Shown: positions 35,975 through 46,629, numbered from the stretch's first letter. The stretch is 64,000 nt of DNA from Minisyncoccota bacterium (GCA_030583765.1 CP129474.1:137709-201708), one strand, 5' to 3'. Notes: generated by a model not told the origin, from the sequence alone. Made by a program: numbers and translations.

Positions 35975-36451
35975 TTAGCGTACCATGATTGCCCCCGTTT
36001 CTGAACTGTCGCGCTCGTTATGATATCCAAAGATACCGACTTTCGTAAAGGTAAAAGCAAAATAACTTCCTTGTGGAATATCGGAAATACTATCAAAACC
36101 TGGTAGACCTGTGTGGGAAGGGTGCGGATCACTCACAACTCGCAACGGAGCGATGCCATCATTCCGTATACGCACCGTGTCCCCTACATGAATGCGCAAA
36201 TTTGTAGGACTAAAGACACCGCCACGATATGACACAGTGTATATGCGTGGCTGGCGAACCTCTGTCTGTGTAGGCGTTGGTTGAATGGTTGTACTGGGAT
36301 CAACCGGATCTCCAGCGCGGAACATAAGGACGGCGGCCACTAACAGCAGGAGTACGAGCACAATAAGCCCCCAAAAACCACCCGTGTCGCTGAGTGTATT
36401 GAGACGCTGTTCTTCGCTACGCGCAAGGCGTGCATAGAGCTCCTCATCCAT
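35975..36451 (-). CDS. Hypothetical membrane-anchored protein with cupredoxin-like C-terminal domain
   Basis: N-terminal TM, then a beta-rich domain (HVGDTVRIRNDG...). Confidence 0.45.
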   Translation of the reverse strand: MDEELYARLARSEEQRLNTLSDTGGFWGLIVLVLLLLVAAVLMFRAGDPVDPSTTIQPTPTQTEVRQPRIYTVSYRGGVFSPTNLRIHVGDTVRIRNDGIAPLRVVSDPHPSHTGLPGFDSISDIPQGSYFAFTFTKVGIFGYHNERDSSETGAIMVR

Positions 36452-36482
36452 AGTAAAAGTATAAACCAGTCACCTGGGGTTG

Positions 36483-37715
36483 TCAGGACCCTAATGCCTG
36501 CTGTGCAGTCTCCGCATCAGACCACGAAATACGAAGGCCGCGAGGACCCGCAATTGATGTTTCTGAGCCCTTCCCGGTAATGACCACAACATCACCAGGC
36601 TGAGCGAGACGAATAGCGGCTCGAATTGCCTGGCCACGATCCATAATGACACGCACCGATGCTCCCGCAGGGATACCCGCATGCACTGCGCGCACTATCG
36701 CATCAGGATCTTCGTCATACGGATCTTCATTCGTAAGAATAATTTCGTGTGCATGTTCTCCAGCAATTGCTCCGAATTGAGGACGCTTCCATGTATCGCG
36801 CCCGCCGCCAGCCGCTCCCAGTACCACAATTAAACGCCCGCTGCCCTGTGGCTTCAGTGTTTCGTATACCGCCCGCAGAGAATCTGGCGTGTGTGCATAG
36901 TCAATCACAACTGCAAAGGGCTGGCGCTGCACATACTGCATACGTCCCGGCACCATGGTGAGAGCTTTTAAAGCGGCGCAACTGGTTGGCACATCGATGT
37001 CATACATTGCCGCAGTTGCAATTGCTGCCAGCGCGTTCATGACCATAAAACGACCCCCCAGCGGCAGCGTGCATTGCGTGTCAAATACCTGAAACGATGC
37101 TGAATATGCGTCGGCAACCACATGACTCGCACGAATATCTCCACGCTCAATGCCAAAAAAGATGGTGCGTTGCGCAGGGTGGCGTGCAAAAAATTCACTC
37201 GCGGCATCATCGGCATTAACGATATGCGTACCTGGTGTGACAGCGAATAGCTTTTCTTTTGCCTCCCGATACCGATCAAAAGATCCGTGGGATTCAATGT
37301 GCTCGGGATGCAGGTTAGTAAACACCGCAGCATCAAATGAAACGCCGTAGTGACGATTCTGGGCGAGTCCCTCAGATGTCACTTCCATAACCACATACTC
37401 ACAGCGAGCCTCGCGGGCACGCGCAAGAAAGCGTTGCAAGTAGAAACGCCCTGGCATCGTCATTTTGAGCGTATTCGGCCACGACTGGCTGCCGATACGC
37501 GTCCCAAGAGAACCAATCGAAGCAACGCGGTGGCCGGCGGCCTCCAAGATGTGGGCTATCATGAGAACGACAGTCGACTTCCCCTTTGTTCCCGTCACCC
37601 CGATGACTTTCATGTGGCGTGATGGGTGGCCATAATATACTGCCGCCAGATGGGCAATGCCGCCGTGATACCACGGCGCGATAAAAGTTTTTATACGACG
37701 AAAAAATGTACTCAT
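36483..37715 (-). CDS. murE: Mur ligase family protein (MurE-like UDP-MurNAc-tripeptide synthetase)
   Basis: VIGVTGTKGKST P-loop and Mur ligase middle and C-terminal domains. ATGA start/stop overlap with the FemAB gene. Confidence 0.7.
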   Translation of the reverse strand: MSTFFRRIKTFIAPWYHGGIAHLAAVYYGHPSRHMKVIGVTGTKGKSTVVLMIAHILEAAGHRVASIGSLGTRIGSQSWPNTLKMTMPGRFYLQRFLARAREARCEYVVMEVTSEGLAQNRHYGVSFDAAVFTNLHPEHIESHGSFDRYREAKEKLFAVTPGTHIVNADDAASEFFARHPAQRTIFFGIERGDIRASHVVADAYSASFQVFDTQCTLPLGGRFMVMNALAAIATAAMYDIDVPTSCAALKALTMVPGRMQYVQRQPFAVVIDYAHTPDSLRAVYETLKPQGSGRLIVVLGAAGGGRDTWKRPQFGAIAGEHAHEIILTNEDPYDEDPDAIVRAVHAGIPAGASVRVIMDRGQAIRAAIRLAQPGDVVVITGKGSETSIAGPRGLRISWSDAETAQQALGS

Positions 37716-38635
37716 GAAAATCGAAGAGCACGGGCAATGCGGTACACGACATGCCACCCGCGCGATATCGTCATATCACATGCGCCCGGATATTCAACCT
37801 CCCCACCCCCGAACCCTGTTTTAAAGCGCGTGACGCCAGGCCATCGATCATCGTCAATGCCCCAGAAGTTATACCACCGCATCCCCTTGGCTTGATAGTG
37901 ACGAATAATTTCCCAGCGCATAAAACTAGGCGCTTTGAGTGTTTTATACGCGCGGTCCATGGCCCCATGAAGGTAATAGATGGTATCGCCGTATATGAGG
38001 ATAATAGCACCGGCAACAAACGCATCTTCGTACCGCACAAGAAAGAGCTGTATCTGAAGAGGACCTGGGCCCGCGAATGTATCAATGAGAGCCTGGTAGT
38101 AAGATGCCGGATGCGGTGAAAAGCCATCATGCTTTGCAGTCTGCTGCATAAGACGCCAAAACGCGGTCCCGTCCATACTTGGCTCGAGGCGCAAACCCTT
38201 TCGCTCACCCAAACGAATGTTATACCGAGTTTTGTGATGCATGCCCGCAAGGAGCTCCTCTGCCGACTGAGAAAGATCGAGTAAAAGAGAGCGGGTGGGC
38301 TGTAGGGCTTTATCGCTATGCGAAAATCCAGAGCGAATAAGCATCTGCTTCACCGTGTCGTGGAGCGGTTCACATTTCACAAAGATGCTGCACTCTTTTT
38401 GAGCTATCGCAACAAGAGCATCTACAAAAGCTCGAATGGCACGATCATACCCACCACGCGCTGCCTGAGTATCGAGTATCGGCCCGTGCGGAACATAGAG
38501 ATAATTTTTTCCAAAAGGAAGATCGTGGCGAATGATATTTGCCACAACGCCGCCCGCATCATATCGCCAAGCCGCGCGACCTAGTGTTTTTTGGAATGTC
38601 AGCCATTCTGGCGTCGTAAGGAAAGATGAATCCAT
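37712..38635 (-). CDS. FemAB family peptidoglycan interpeptide-bridge aminoacyltransferase
   Basis: 307 aa with the FemABX GNAT-like tandem-domain pattern; adjacent to murE. Confidence 0.6.
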   Translation of the reverse strand: MDSSFLTTPEWLTFQKTLGRAAWRYDAGGVVANIIRHDLPFGKNYLYVPHGPILDTQAARGGYDRAIRAFVDALVAIAQKECSIFVKCEPLHDTVKQMLIRSGFSHSDKALQPTRSLLLDLSQSAEELLAGMHHKTRYNIRLGERKGLRLEPSMDGTAFWRLMQQTAKHDGFSPHPASYYQALIDTFAGPGPLQIQLFLVRYEDAFVAGAIILIYGDTIYYLHGAMDRAYKTLKAPSFMRWEIIRHYQAKGMRWYNFWGIDDDRWPGVTRFKTGFGGGEVEYPGACDMTISRGWHVVYRIARALRFS

Positions 38636-39225
38636 TATGTCTGTTTACTAAGAATACGAAGCGCTTCTCGAACGCGCTCACGAGCATCGCGCGCCTCGGC
38701 TGGCACGTGAGATAGCGCCTCCTTCGCCTGGTATACTGAGTATCCAAGTGCAACAAGTGCCTCCATTGCCTGCCGCTCTGCATCAAGATCGACATCAGGA
38801 GCAGACCCAACATCCATGCCCTCAATCTTCGTCTTCAGCTCAATAATTAACCGCTGCGCCGTCTTGGGACCAAGGCCCGCCACTGTACGCAGGTAATCCG
38901 CATCTCCTTTCATAACAGCCGCCTTCAAAAGGGCGGGGTCAACGGTTGCAAGAATACTCATGGCATTCTTGGGACCAATCCCTGATACCGAAGTAAGAAG
39001 CACGAAGAGCTCCCTTTCACGCTCTGAAAGAAAGCCGTATAGGTCAAAAACGCCCTCGCGCATGTTCATTTGGGCATGCACAAAAGCCTTGACGGTGGCG
39101 CCTATTTTTGTTACACTTTCCTGCAATTTTGACGTACAGACAAGGGTGTACCCCACCCCTCCTGTAACAATAGTGAGCGTGCGTTCACCACGCGCGATCA
39201 CCGATCCTTCCAGATAACTCATCAT
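38635..39225 (-). CDS. ruvA: Holliday junction DNA helicase RuvA
   Basis: OB-fold N-domain, tandem HhH motifs (GIGPKNA, GLGPKTAQRLI), C-terminal domain III. Start likely M7/M8. Confidence 0.8.
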   Translation of the reverse strand: MMSYLEGSVIARGERTLTIVTGGVGYTLVCTSKLQESVTKIGATVKAFVHAQMNMREGVFDLYGFLSERERELFVLLTSVSGIGPKNAMSILATVDPALLKAAVMKGDADYLRTVAGLGPKTAQRLIIELKTKIEGMDVGSAPDVDLDAERQAMEALVALGYSVYQAKEALSHVPAEARDARERVREALRILSKQT

Positions 39226-39266
39226 ACGTATACGCCAGAGCATAGCACGATTCTTCTCTCAGCGAC

Positions 39267-41273
39267 ATGCCACTCTTCAACCTCAAAGCAGCCTATGAAC
39301 CGGCCGGCGATCAGCCGGATGCCATTGCGCAGCTCACCAAGGGACTCAAAGAAGGCCTCCGTGACCAGGTGCTTTTAGGCGTCACGGGCTCCGGAAAGAC
39401 GTTTACCATGGCCCACGTCATCCAGAAATATAACCGTCCAACGCTTATTATCTCTCACAACAAGACGCTTGCAGCACAGCTCTATCGAGAATTCAAAACA
39501 TTCTTCCCTGACAATGCCGTACATTATTTTGTAAGCTATTTCGACTACTACCAACCGGAAGCATATCTACCAACCACCGATACCTACATTGAAAAAGATT
39601 CGAAGATCAACGAAGAAATTGATCGCCTGCGCCACGCCGCAACCCAGGCGATCATGAGCCGTGATGATGTTATTATCATCGCATCTGTTTCATGTATCTA
39701 TAACCTTGGCTCTCCAGAGGACTATAAGAAGATGGGCCTTGAATTGTTTAAGAAGAAGAAAATGACGCCTTCTGATCTCGCGCGGAACCTCATGCGGCTC
39801 CAGTACGCCCAGGACATCGAGCTCAAGCGTGGCACATTCCGTAAAACACGCGATGAGATTGAGATTATCTCGCCAAGCGCTCAAGAGGTGACCCGCGTAA
39901 CGTTCCGCGGTCCGACCATTGTTAATATCGAACAGGCCCGAATCCCTGATCCTGATGAACTTGCCACACTCACTCCAGTGTATGAGCCTGTCGAAGAAAC
40001 GACGATCTTTCCAGCAAAATATTGGATCGCTGATGATTCAAAAAATGGAATCGCGATCGAGAATATCAAAAGCGAGCTGCAGAAACACATTAAAGTGCTT
40101 AAGGCGCAGGATAAACACCTAGAGGCCGGCCGCCTTCACGAACGGACACTCCATGACATGGAGATGATCCGCCAAACTGGCTACTGTCATGGCATCGAGA
40201 ACTATTCGGCACATCTTGATTTTCGTAAACCAGGAGCGCCCCCATACACACTGCTCGACTTCTTCGCACAAAAGGGAGAGTTTCTCACTATTATCGATGA
40301 GTCCCATATTTCTGTGCCTCAATTGCGGAGCATGTATGCAGGCGATCACGCACGCAAAACGACACTTGTGCAATATGGATTTAGACTCCCATCTGCCATT
40401 GATAATCGCCCACTGACGTTCACGGAATTTTCAAAGCGTATTCAAAAGACGGTCTACGTTTCCGCAACTCCAGGAGAATATGAGCTGAAGAAGGCAAAGA
40501 AAAAGGGCATAGCCGAGCAACTGGTGCGGCCAACAGGACTTCTTGATCCGACCGTAGAGATCCACCCAAGCGAGGGGCAGATCCAGCATCTTTTGGAGCG
40601 CATTCGGGAACGAAAGGCCAAAAACGAGCGCGTCATCATAACAACACTCACGAAGCGCATGGCGGAAGACTTGGCCGAGTTTTTAGCGCGCAATGATGTA
40701 AAAGTAAACTATCTCCATTCGGAAATTAAGACACTTGATCGACTTCAGATATTGAAGGACTTTCGCCTTGGGACATACGATGTCATTGTTGGCGTGAATC
40801 TTTTGCGTGAGGGGCTCGACCTCCCAGAAGTATCGCTCGTTGCTATTCTCGACGCAGACAAAGAAGGGTTCTTGCGCAATACAACGACCATGATTCAAAC
40901 CATGGGTCGAGCAGCGCGCCACGCGCAAGGGCACGTCATTCTCTATGCTGACAAAGAGACGAAATCAATCCTCGCCGCCGTTGGAGAGACGCAGCGTCGC
41001 CGCGCAAAACAAGAAATATATAATGCCGAACGTGGCATCACTCCGCAGAGCGTTCAAAAGCATATTGGCGGATTCGATCTCCCCGTAAGTCGCGCACCTG
41101 CGGAAGTGCAAACGCCTACCATTGCTCAGCTTGCAAGCTCTGGCTCACAGGGTGCCGTTGCACAGCTCACCAAGATGATGGAGCGAGCAATCCGTAAAAT
41201 GGACTATGAAACGGCAATGAGCATCCGCGATCAAATCCAAAAGATCAAACATCGAGATAACACGAATACTTGA
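39267..41273 (+). CDS. uvrB: Excinuclease ABC subunit B
   Basis: GVTGSGKT Walker A, beta-hairpin region, helicase motifs, C-terminal UVR domain; 668 aa. Confidence 0.95.
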   Translation: MPLFNLKAAYEPAGDQPDAIAQLTKGLKEGLRDQVLLGVTGSGKTFTMAHVIQKYNRPTLIISHNKTLAAQLYREFKTFFPDNAVHYFVSYFDYYQPEAYLPTTDTYIEKDSKINEEIDRLRHAATQAIMSRDDVIIIASVSCIYNLGSPEDYKKMGLELFKKKKMTPSDLARNLMRLQYAQDIELKRGTFRKTRDEIEIISPSAQEVTRVTFRGPTIVNIEQARIPDPDELATLTPVYEPVEETTIFPAKYWIADDSKNGIAIENIKSELQKHIKVLKAQDKHLEAGRLHERTLHDMEMIRQTGYCHGIENYSAHLDFRKPGAPPYTLLDFFAQKGEFLTIIDESHISVPQLRSMYAGDHARKTTLVQYGFRLPSAIDNRPLTFTEFSKRIQKTVYVSATPGEYELKKAKKKGIAEQLVRPTGLLDPTVEIHPSEGQIQHLLERIRERKAKNERVIITTLTKRMAEDLAEFLARNDVKVNYLHSEIKTLDRLQILKDFRLGTYDVIVGVNLLREGLDLPEVSLVAILDADKEGFLRNTTTMIQTMGRAARHAQGHVILYADKETKSILAAVGETQRRRAKQEIYNAERGITPQSVQKHIGGFDLPVSRAPAEVQTPTIAQLASSGSQGAVAQLTKMMERAIRKMDYETAMSIRDQIQKIKHRDNTNT

Positions 41274-41305
41274 TTTCGTTCAACCATTATTGTATACTCG
41301 CGACC

Positions 41306-41566
41306 ATGCCAAATACGAAATCTGCAGAGAAGGCACTCCGCCAATCAAAGACGCGACGCGCTCGTAACGTTGTGCGCGCAAAGGCATATAAAGATGTTGT
41401 GAAGCAATTCCGCAAACTCGTTGAAGCGGGCAACATCAAGGAGGCGCAAAAACTCCTCCCTGCCGTGTTCCAAAAGATTGATAAGGCTGCAAAAACTGGT
41501 GTTATTAAGCCAAATAAGGCCAGCAACTTGAAGTCTGGAGTTAGTAAGCGCCTTGCAAAGAAATAG
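41306..41566 (+). CDS. rpsT: 30S ribosomal protein S20
   Basis: MPNTKSAEKALRQSKTRRARN...; start set at M13 of the listed ORF. Confidence 0.85.
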   Translation: MPNTKSAEKALRQSKTRRARNVVRAKAYKDVVKQFRKLVEAGNIKEAQKLLPAVFQKIDKAAKTGVIKPNKASNLKSGVSKRLAKK

Positions 41567-41584
41567 ATTGTCACCGCACATCTA

Positions 41585-41621
41585 CAACACCACCGCCTCA
41601 GGCGGTGGTGTTGTTTATACG
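41585..41621 (+). terminator. Rho-independent terminator after rpsT
   Basis: Perfect 13-bp stem CAACACCACCGCC-tcag-GGCGGTGGTGTTG followed by TTTAT. Confidence 0.65.
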
Positions 41622-42697
41622 CGCTGCTCGCGTGCAATGGCAAGCGTCATACCAACTCCCGCCAGTAGCGCAACGAGTGCCGTCCCGCCAAAGCTAATGA
41701 ATGGGAGCGGCACCCCGGTAAGCGGCAATACACCGACCATTGCCAAAATATTCACGAGCGCTTGGATCATGATCCATGATTGCATGCCGACAACAACCAG
41801 CTTTCCATACATATCATTCGTCTCGCGCGCCAATTGTGCATACGTAACACAGAGGGCTCCAAATGCCAGGAGCACCAGCATGCCGCCCACAATACCAAGT
41901 TCTTCCCCAATAATGGCAAAAATAGAATCACCAACAGCTTCAGGGAGAAAGCCGAACTTCTGCGTGCTCTGTCCAAAGCCATTCCCAAACACCCCTCCAG
42001 AACCGATCGCGATAAGCGACTGGCTCACTTGGTACGAACTTCCACGCGGATCAGAAATGATACCAAGCGCTACCTGGATACGCTGGAGACGATAAGGCTG
42101 CACCGCAACAAAAATACCCAGAAGCGCAACGCCCAGAAGCGCAACCACGCCAAGCTGTTTTAATGGCATGCCTGCGGCAAAATATACCGCTCCTGCAATG
42201 GCAAAAATAATCGCCAGTGTTCCCACGTCGGGCTGAAGCCCAACTAGTAGGGCGATGATGCCGAGCATGGTAAGAAATGGCGCAAGTCCGGCAGACCAGT
42301 GCCCACTCCGCTCTTTTCTCCCACTCAACCACGCAGCAAGGTAAAGAATAAATCCTAACTTAAGAAATTCCGTAGGCTGGAACGAGAAGCCGCCCAACAT
42401 AAGCCAGCTCTGCGCCCCTTTACGCTCATCTCCAAATCCAGGGATGAGCACAAGTACCAGCAAGCATAGAATAAGCAGCAGTAGGAGTGGAGAAACCCGC
42501 CGCCAAAAACGCGAAGGCGTAGCGCGCGCTATGCCGAGCGCCACGAGACCCGGCAAAACACCCGCCGTTATTTGGTGTAATACAAAATAATATGACGAGC
42601 CAAACTTCTGCTCACCCAACACAATACCCGCCGATGACAGCATCACCAGGCCGAATACCACAAGTCCACCAACGAGCCAAAAAATGCGACGCTCCAT
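41615..42697 (-). CDS. ftsW: SEDS family peptidoglycan glycosyltransferase FtsW/RodA
   Basis: 360 aa, 10 TM, conserved SEDS loop motifs; adjacent to mraY. Confidence 0.8.
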   Translation of the reverse strand: MERRIFWLVGGLVVFGLVMLSSAGIVLGEQKFGSSYYFVLHQITAGVLPGLVALGIARATPSRFWRRVSPLLLLLILCLLVLVLIPGFGDERKGAQSWLMLGGFSFQPTEFLKLGFILYLAAWLSGRKERSGHWSAGLAPFLTMLGIIALLVGLQPDVGTLAIIFAIAGAVYFAAGMPLKQLGVVALLGVALLGIFVAVQPYRLQRIQVALGIISDPRGSSYQVSQSLIAIGSGGVFGNGFGQSTQKFGFLPEAVGDSIFAIIGEELGIVGGMLVLLAFGALCVTYAQLARETNDMYGKLVVVGMQSWIMIQALVNILAMVGVLPLTGVPLPFISFGGTALVALLAGVGMTLAIAREQRV

Positions 42698-42709
42698 GAG
42701 AGCTGAAGC

Positions 42710-43786
42710 TTACCGAAAAAGCGGAGGAATTTTGCTGTCCACGAGGAACAGGATAAGTCCCACTGCAGCTCCGATTGCATTAATCATCCAAAACCGCATT
42801 GTAATTTGTGTCTCGTGCCACCCGAGCGCCTCAAAGTGGTGGTGAATAGGCGATGAGTGAAACACTTTTTTGCCTCGAAGCTTCTTAGAGATCATTTGTA
42901 CAATAACTGAGAGCGACTCAATGACTGGGATAATAGCAATGAACAAAAGAAGAAAGGGCGTGTTGGTTAACATAGCTACCACGCCTGCGGTGAAACCCAG
43001 CGCCATAACCCCCGTATCTCCCATAAAAAACTTTGCAGGGTAGATGTTGTACCACAAAAACCCGATCAGCGCCCCCATAATTGCCGCCAGAAGCGCTGCC
43101 ATGTCCATGCGTGCCTGATCGAACGCAATCACTACAAAAGCGCCAAAGATGGTAAGGAATACGCCCCCCGCGAGTCCGTCTAAGCCGTCCGTTTCGTTCA
43201 TTGAGAATGCTGTGGCAACAATGATAAAAACAAAGAGTGCAGCATACCACAGTGGACCAATTACAAATTCTCCCAAGAACGGAATGGTGATGGCGTCACG
43301 GCCAAGCTTCTCTACGAACCACCACGCGCCGATACTCGCCACAAAGGTGTAGAGCAGCAAACGCTGCTTCATAGAGAACCCACCACGTTTGAAGATACCG
43401 AAAACATCATCCGCCATTCCCACCAGTCCTGCGATTACGAGGAATCCGAGCGGTAGATACGTCTGAGGGCGCGACAGGAAATTCATTTTAGACCAAAACC
43501 CATCAACCGTATTTGCGAGAATCGCGAATACTCCCGCGAGGAACGCCACGGTAACCCAAATAGGAAGCCCGCCCATAGTTGGGGTCCCCTCTTTCTTTTT
43601 ATGGAGTGCGTTAAATACGGGGGCGCCTTCTTTTTCTATCTCCTTACCAGGACGAAAATATCGAAAGAGAACCTTCGTCCACAACCACGTCACAATCAGA
43701 TTCAGGACAAAAGCGATTGTCCCAACGGCAAACAATCGCACTACATTAAAAACAGTAAATTGTTCAAAAGCGATAGAGACATCCAT
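42710..43786 (-). CDS. mraY: Phospho-N-acetylmuramoyl-pentapeptide transferase MraY
   Basis: Conserved DD, NxxNxxDGIDGL and HHH motif regions; 358 aa. Confidence 0.9.
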   Translation of the reverse strand: MDVSIAFEQFTVFNVVRLFAVGTIAFVLNLIVTWLWTKVLFRYFRPGKEIEKEGAPVFNALHKKKEGTPTMGGLPIWVTVAFLAGVFAILANTVDGFWSKMNFLSRPQTYLPLGFLVIAGLVGMADDVFGIFKRGGFSMKQRLLLYTFVASIGAWWFVEKLGRDAITIPFLGEFVIGPLWYAALFVFIIVATAFSMNETDGLDGLAGGVFLTIFGAFVVIAFDQARMDMAALLAAIMGALIGFLWYNIYPAKFFMGDTGVMALGFTAGVVAMLTNTPFLLLFIAIIPVIESLSVIVQMISKKLRGKKVFHSSPIHHHFEALGWHETQITMRFWMINAIGAAVGLILFLVDSKIPPLFR

Positions 43787-43789
43787 ACA

Positions 43790-44740
43790 TTATTGCCACT
43801 GAAAGGCGGTGCGTGCCCATGTCACGAGTTCCGCAGTATGGGTAAAGCGGTCTTCCGAACCCAATAGTACAGCTGCGATAGTGTCGCGAGTTTCGGGCAC
43901 TCGTACGAGCAATATCATACACCCACGCGCACCATCTGTATACCCCGTCTTACCGCCCCGAATATCTTCTAGTGTTTCGAGGAGCTGGTTCGTATTGGTA
44001 ACAGTAACCACGCGCGTTTCATCAACGGTTGTTATAGAGATCACCTTTTCACGCAATGGGCTAAAAATATGGTCCTCGTAACGCAATGCATAGCGAATGA
44101 GAAAGCTTAAGTCACGAGCCGTCGCATAGCCGGTGTCATCAAGACCAGCTGGATCCTTAAATACAGTATGCGTCATGCCAATACGTACCGCGGTATTATT
44201 CATCTCTTTCACAAAATCAATCCCATGCTCACGGGCATACACTGCCAGCGCAACAGCCGCATCATTTGAGGACTGCACGAGCATGTATCGCATAAGGTCT
44301 GATACGGTAAAACGATCCCCCACGGTCAAGTCTCGCTTCGTACCATCAACCCGTATCGACTCTGGCGTAACCGTTACCACGTCGTGTGCGTGGAGATGCT
44401 CCAATACAACGATTGCGCTCATGATCTTTGTAAGCGACGCAATAGGCAGACGCATGTCTTCATTTTTTGCAAAAAGTGGGCGAAGCGTTTTCACGTCAAA
44501 GAGATAGGCGGCCCGAGCAGGAGTTATTGCCTCAGCACTCCCAGCCTTACGGGCGGGGAAGATACTTGCTTCCGCGAGAGGAAGCAGATACGCTTGCGCG
44601 TCATTAATATCAGAGAGCGCCTGTCCCCATGCCGGAGTCACTTCGGCCGCTGGAGGCGTTGGCCAATGCACAAAGGCGCTTATACCAAGCGCCATGACGC
44701 CACCGATCACAACAATTGTTGCTCCATAGATGCGTCCCAT
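43790..44740 (-). CDS. D-alanyl-D-alanine carboxypeptidase (S11, PBP5-like)
   Basis: N-terminal TM/signal; SLTKIM (SxxK), SSN and KTGYT (KTG) motifs. Confidence 0.75.
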   Translation of the reverse strand: MGRIYGATIVVIGGVMALGISAFVHWPTPPAAEVTPAWGQALSDINDAQAYLLPLAEASIFPARKAGSAEAITPARAAYLFDVKTLRPLFAKNEDMRLPIASLTKIMSAIVVLEHLHAHDVVTVTPESIRVDGTKRDLTVGDRFTVSDLMRYMLVQSSNDAAVALAVYAREHGIDFVKEMNNTAVRIGMTHTVFKDPAGLDDTGYATARDLSFLIRYALRYEDHIFSPLREKVISITTVDETRVVTVTNTNQLLETLEDIRGGKTGYTDGARGCMILLVRVPETRDTIAAVLLGSEDRFTHTAELVTWARTAFQWQ

Positions 44741-44752
44741 AAAAGGTGTGCC

Positions 44753-46162
44753 TTATGAGCGAGTTACGATGTGTAGCTCGCGCTGCTGCTTCTCTTCAAT
44801 CGGTGAAGGACTCTGCATCATAAGGTCTCGTGCGTCCCCCGTCTTTGGGAACGCAATGACCTCACGAATATTCGGTTCGTTCTGCAAAATGGCCATAAAC
44901 CGATCAAAGCCCCAAGCAATGCCACCGTGTGGCGGTGCCCCAAATTCAAGCGCCTTGAGCATGTGACCGAAATTTGCCTCGATACGCTCTGCCGGAAAAC
45001 CCATAATCTCAAATACCGCGCGGAGAGCTTGAGGCTGATGATTGCGGATACTGCCGCCACCGATCTCAAACCCGTTCAACGCGACATCGTACTGCGTGGT
45101 AAGAATCTCGCCGATGTTTTTCTGTGCAAGGAGATCAGACATGTGTTCCGGTTTTGGCGCTGAAAATGGATTGTGCGTAAACGTCCATCCGCCTTCGTCC
45201 GTTTTTTCGAAAAATGGGAAATCAATAATCCAGCAAAACGCGAGGAGGTTTGGATCCTCTTTATCAGTGCGAAGATCGGGACGATCTGTGCCGTACTTTT
45301 CCATCGCCTCCTTGTATGAGATCCGTGGAAATGGGATCTCCTGAATTTTCTTTTCTGGCCACAATTTCTGGACAAGGTGGATGAGTAGCTCTTCGTTAAG
45401 CGCCATGACGTCCTCCCGCTGCACAAAGCTCATCTCCATATCGAGCTGAGTAAATTCAGGCTGACGATCACCTCGAGTATCTTCGTCTCTAAAGCATCGC
45501 GCGATTTGAAAATAACGCTCAACGCCCCCAGCCATGAGAAGCTGCTTATACTGCTGCGGGGATTGCGGCAACGCGTAAAACGAGCCTGGGTAGAGGCGAG
45601 AGGGTACGACGTAGTCGCGGGCCCCTTCTGGCGTAGACTTCGTGAGAATAGGAGTCTCTATCTCAAGAAATCCGTGATCAGAAAGCCATGTGCGAATGGC
45701 GAGTGCCGCCTTATGTCGCATGTCGAGCGTGCGCGCAAGGCGATCGCGTCGCATGTCGAGGTAGCGATATTCCATGCGATGCTCTTCTCCAATATCATAC
45801 CCCGGACCATCGAGTGGGAACGGCGGCGTTGGAGATTCGTTGAGAATTTCAAGCGCCGTCGGCTCAACCTCTACGCCGCCCGTAGGGATGTCAGCGTTTA
45901 CCATTTTTGCCGGACGTTCTTTTACGAGGCCCTTGAGCCGCACAACCCACTCATTACGTAATTTTTGTGCATCCTCATATCCAGGAGATGACGGCGTGAA
46001 CACTACTTGTGCAGATGCAGATCGATCACGAATATCAATAAAAATAAGCTTTCCGTGATCACGACGGTTCGCGATCCACCCATAGAGCTCAACTTCCTGA
46101 CCAGCTAAACCCGCTATGTCTTTTACCCACGTTTCTTTTGCCATGATGGCCAATCGTACCAC
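44753..46162 (-). CDS. aspS: Aspartyl-tRNA synthetase (short, non-discriminating type likely)
   Basis: N-terminal OB fold and class II motifs (FRDE, GGGSIR, GLDR); start may be M7 at 46144. Confidence 0.9.
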   Translation of the reverse strand: MVRLAIMAKETWVKDIAGLAGQEVELYGWIANRRDHGKLIFIDIRDRSASAQVVFTPSSPGYEDAQKLRNEWVVRLKGLVKERPAKMVNADIPTGGVEVEPTALEILNESPTPPFPLDGPGYDIGEEHRMEYRYLDMRRDRLARTLDMRHKAALAIRTWLSDHGFLEIETPILTKSTPEGARDYVVPSRLYPGSFYALPQSPQQYKQLLMAGGVERYFQIARCFRDEDTRGDRQPEFTQLDMEMSFVQREDVMALNEELLIHLVQKLWPEKKIQEIPFPRISYKEAMEKYGTDRPDLRTDKEDPNLLAFCWIIDFPFFEKTDEGGWTFTHNPFSAPKPEHMSDLLAQKNIGEILTTQYDVALNGFEIGGGSIRNHQPQALRAVFEIMGFPAERIEANFGHMLKALEFGAPPHGGIAWGFDRFMAILQNEPNIREVIAFPKTGDARDLMMQSPSPIEEKQQRELHIVTRS

Positions 46163-46204
46163 ATCACACTCCCCACAGAAAAGGCCCGTTTCCGGGCCTC
46201 GTCT

Positions 46205-46588
46205 TTAGTGGTGCGCCGCATCGGCTTCCGCCTTCGTGGCATGTATGGTCCCATCCGGATGCTCTGGCGGCGTATAGAGCGTGTATAAGCGCATCGGCTC
46301 GGTCCCCGTATTTACAATGTTATGCCTTGTTCCCGCCGGAATAACGAGCGCGGAGCCATCGGCGAGATCGTAGGTTGTCTCGTTCAGAAACGCCTTACCT
46401 TCACCAGACTCAATGCGAATAAATTGGTCGTGCTCTGGGTGAGTTTCAAGGCCAATTTCTTCACCACCACGGAGCGTCATGAGCACTAACTGCGAGCGCG
46501 ACGTTGTGTATAATACTTTTCGAAAAAACTCATTTTCGAGCGTATCTTTTTCTATGTTGGTGTGGAATCCGTCCATATCTGTCATCAT
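46205..46588 (-). CDS. Cupin domain protein
   Basis: Conserved cupin motifs G(x)5HxH...E and G...P...H..N (GLETHPEHDQFIRIESGEG...IPAGTRHN). Start set at MMTDMDG; the longer TTG-initiated ORF overlaps a divergent gene. Confidence 0.55.
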   Translation of the reverse strand: MMTDMDGFHTNIEKDTLENEFFRKVLYTTSRSQLVLMTLRGGEEIGLETHPEHDQFIRIESGEGKAFLNETTYDLADGSALVIPAGTRHNIVNTGTEPMRLYTLYTPPEHPDGTIHATKAEADAAHH

Positions 46589-46629
46589 ATGCCGTCCAAA
46601 AAGAATGCGCAACGTGCTATGCTGTGTGC

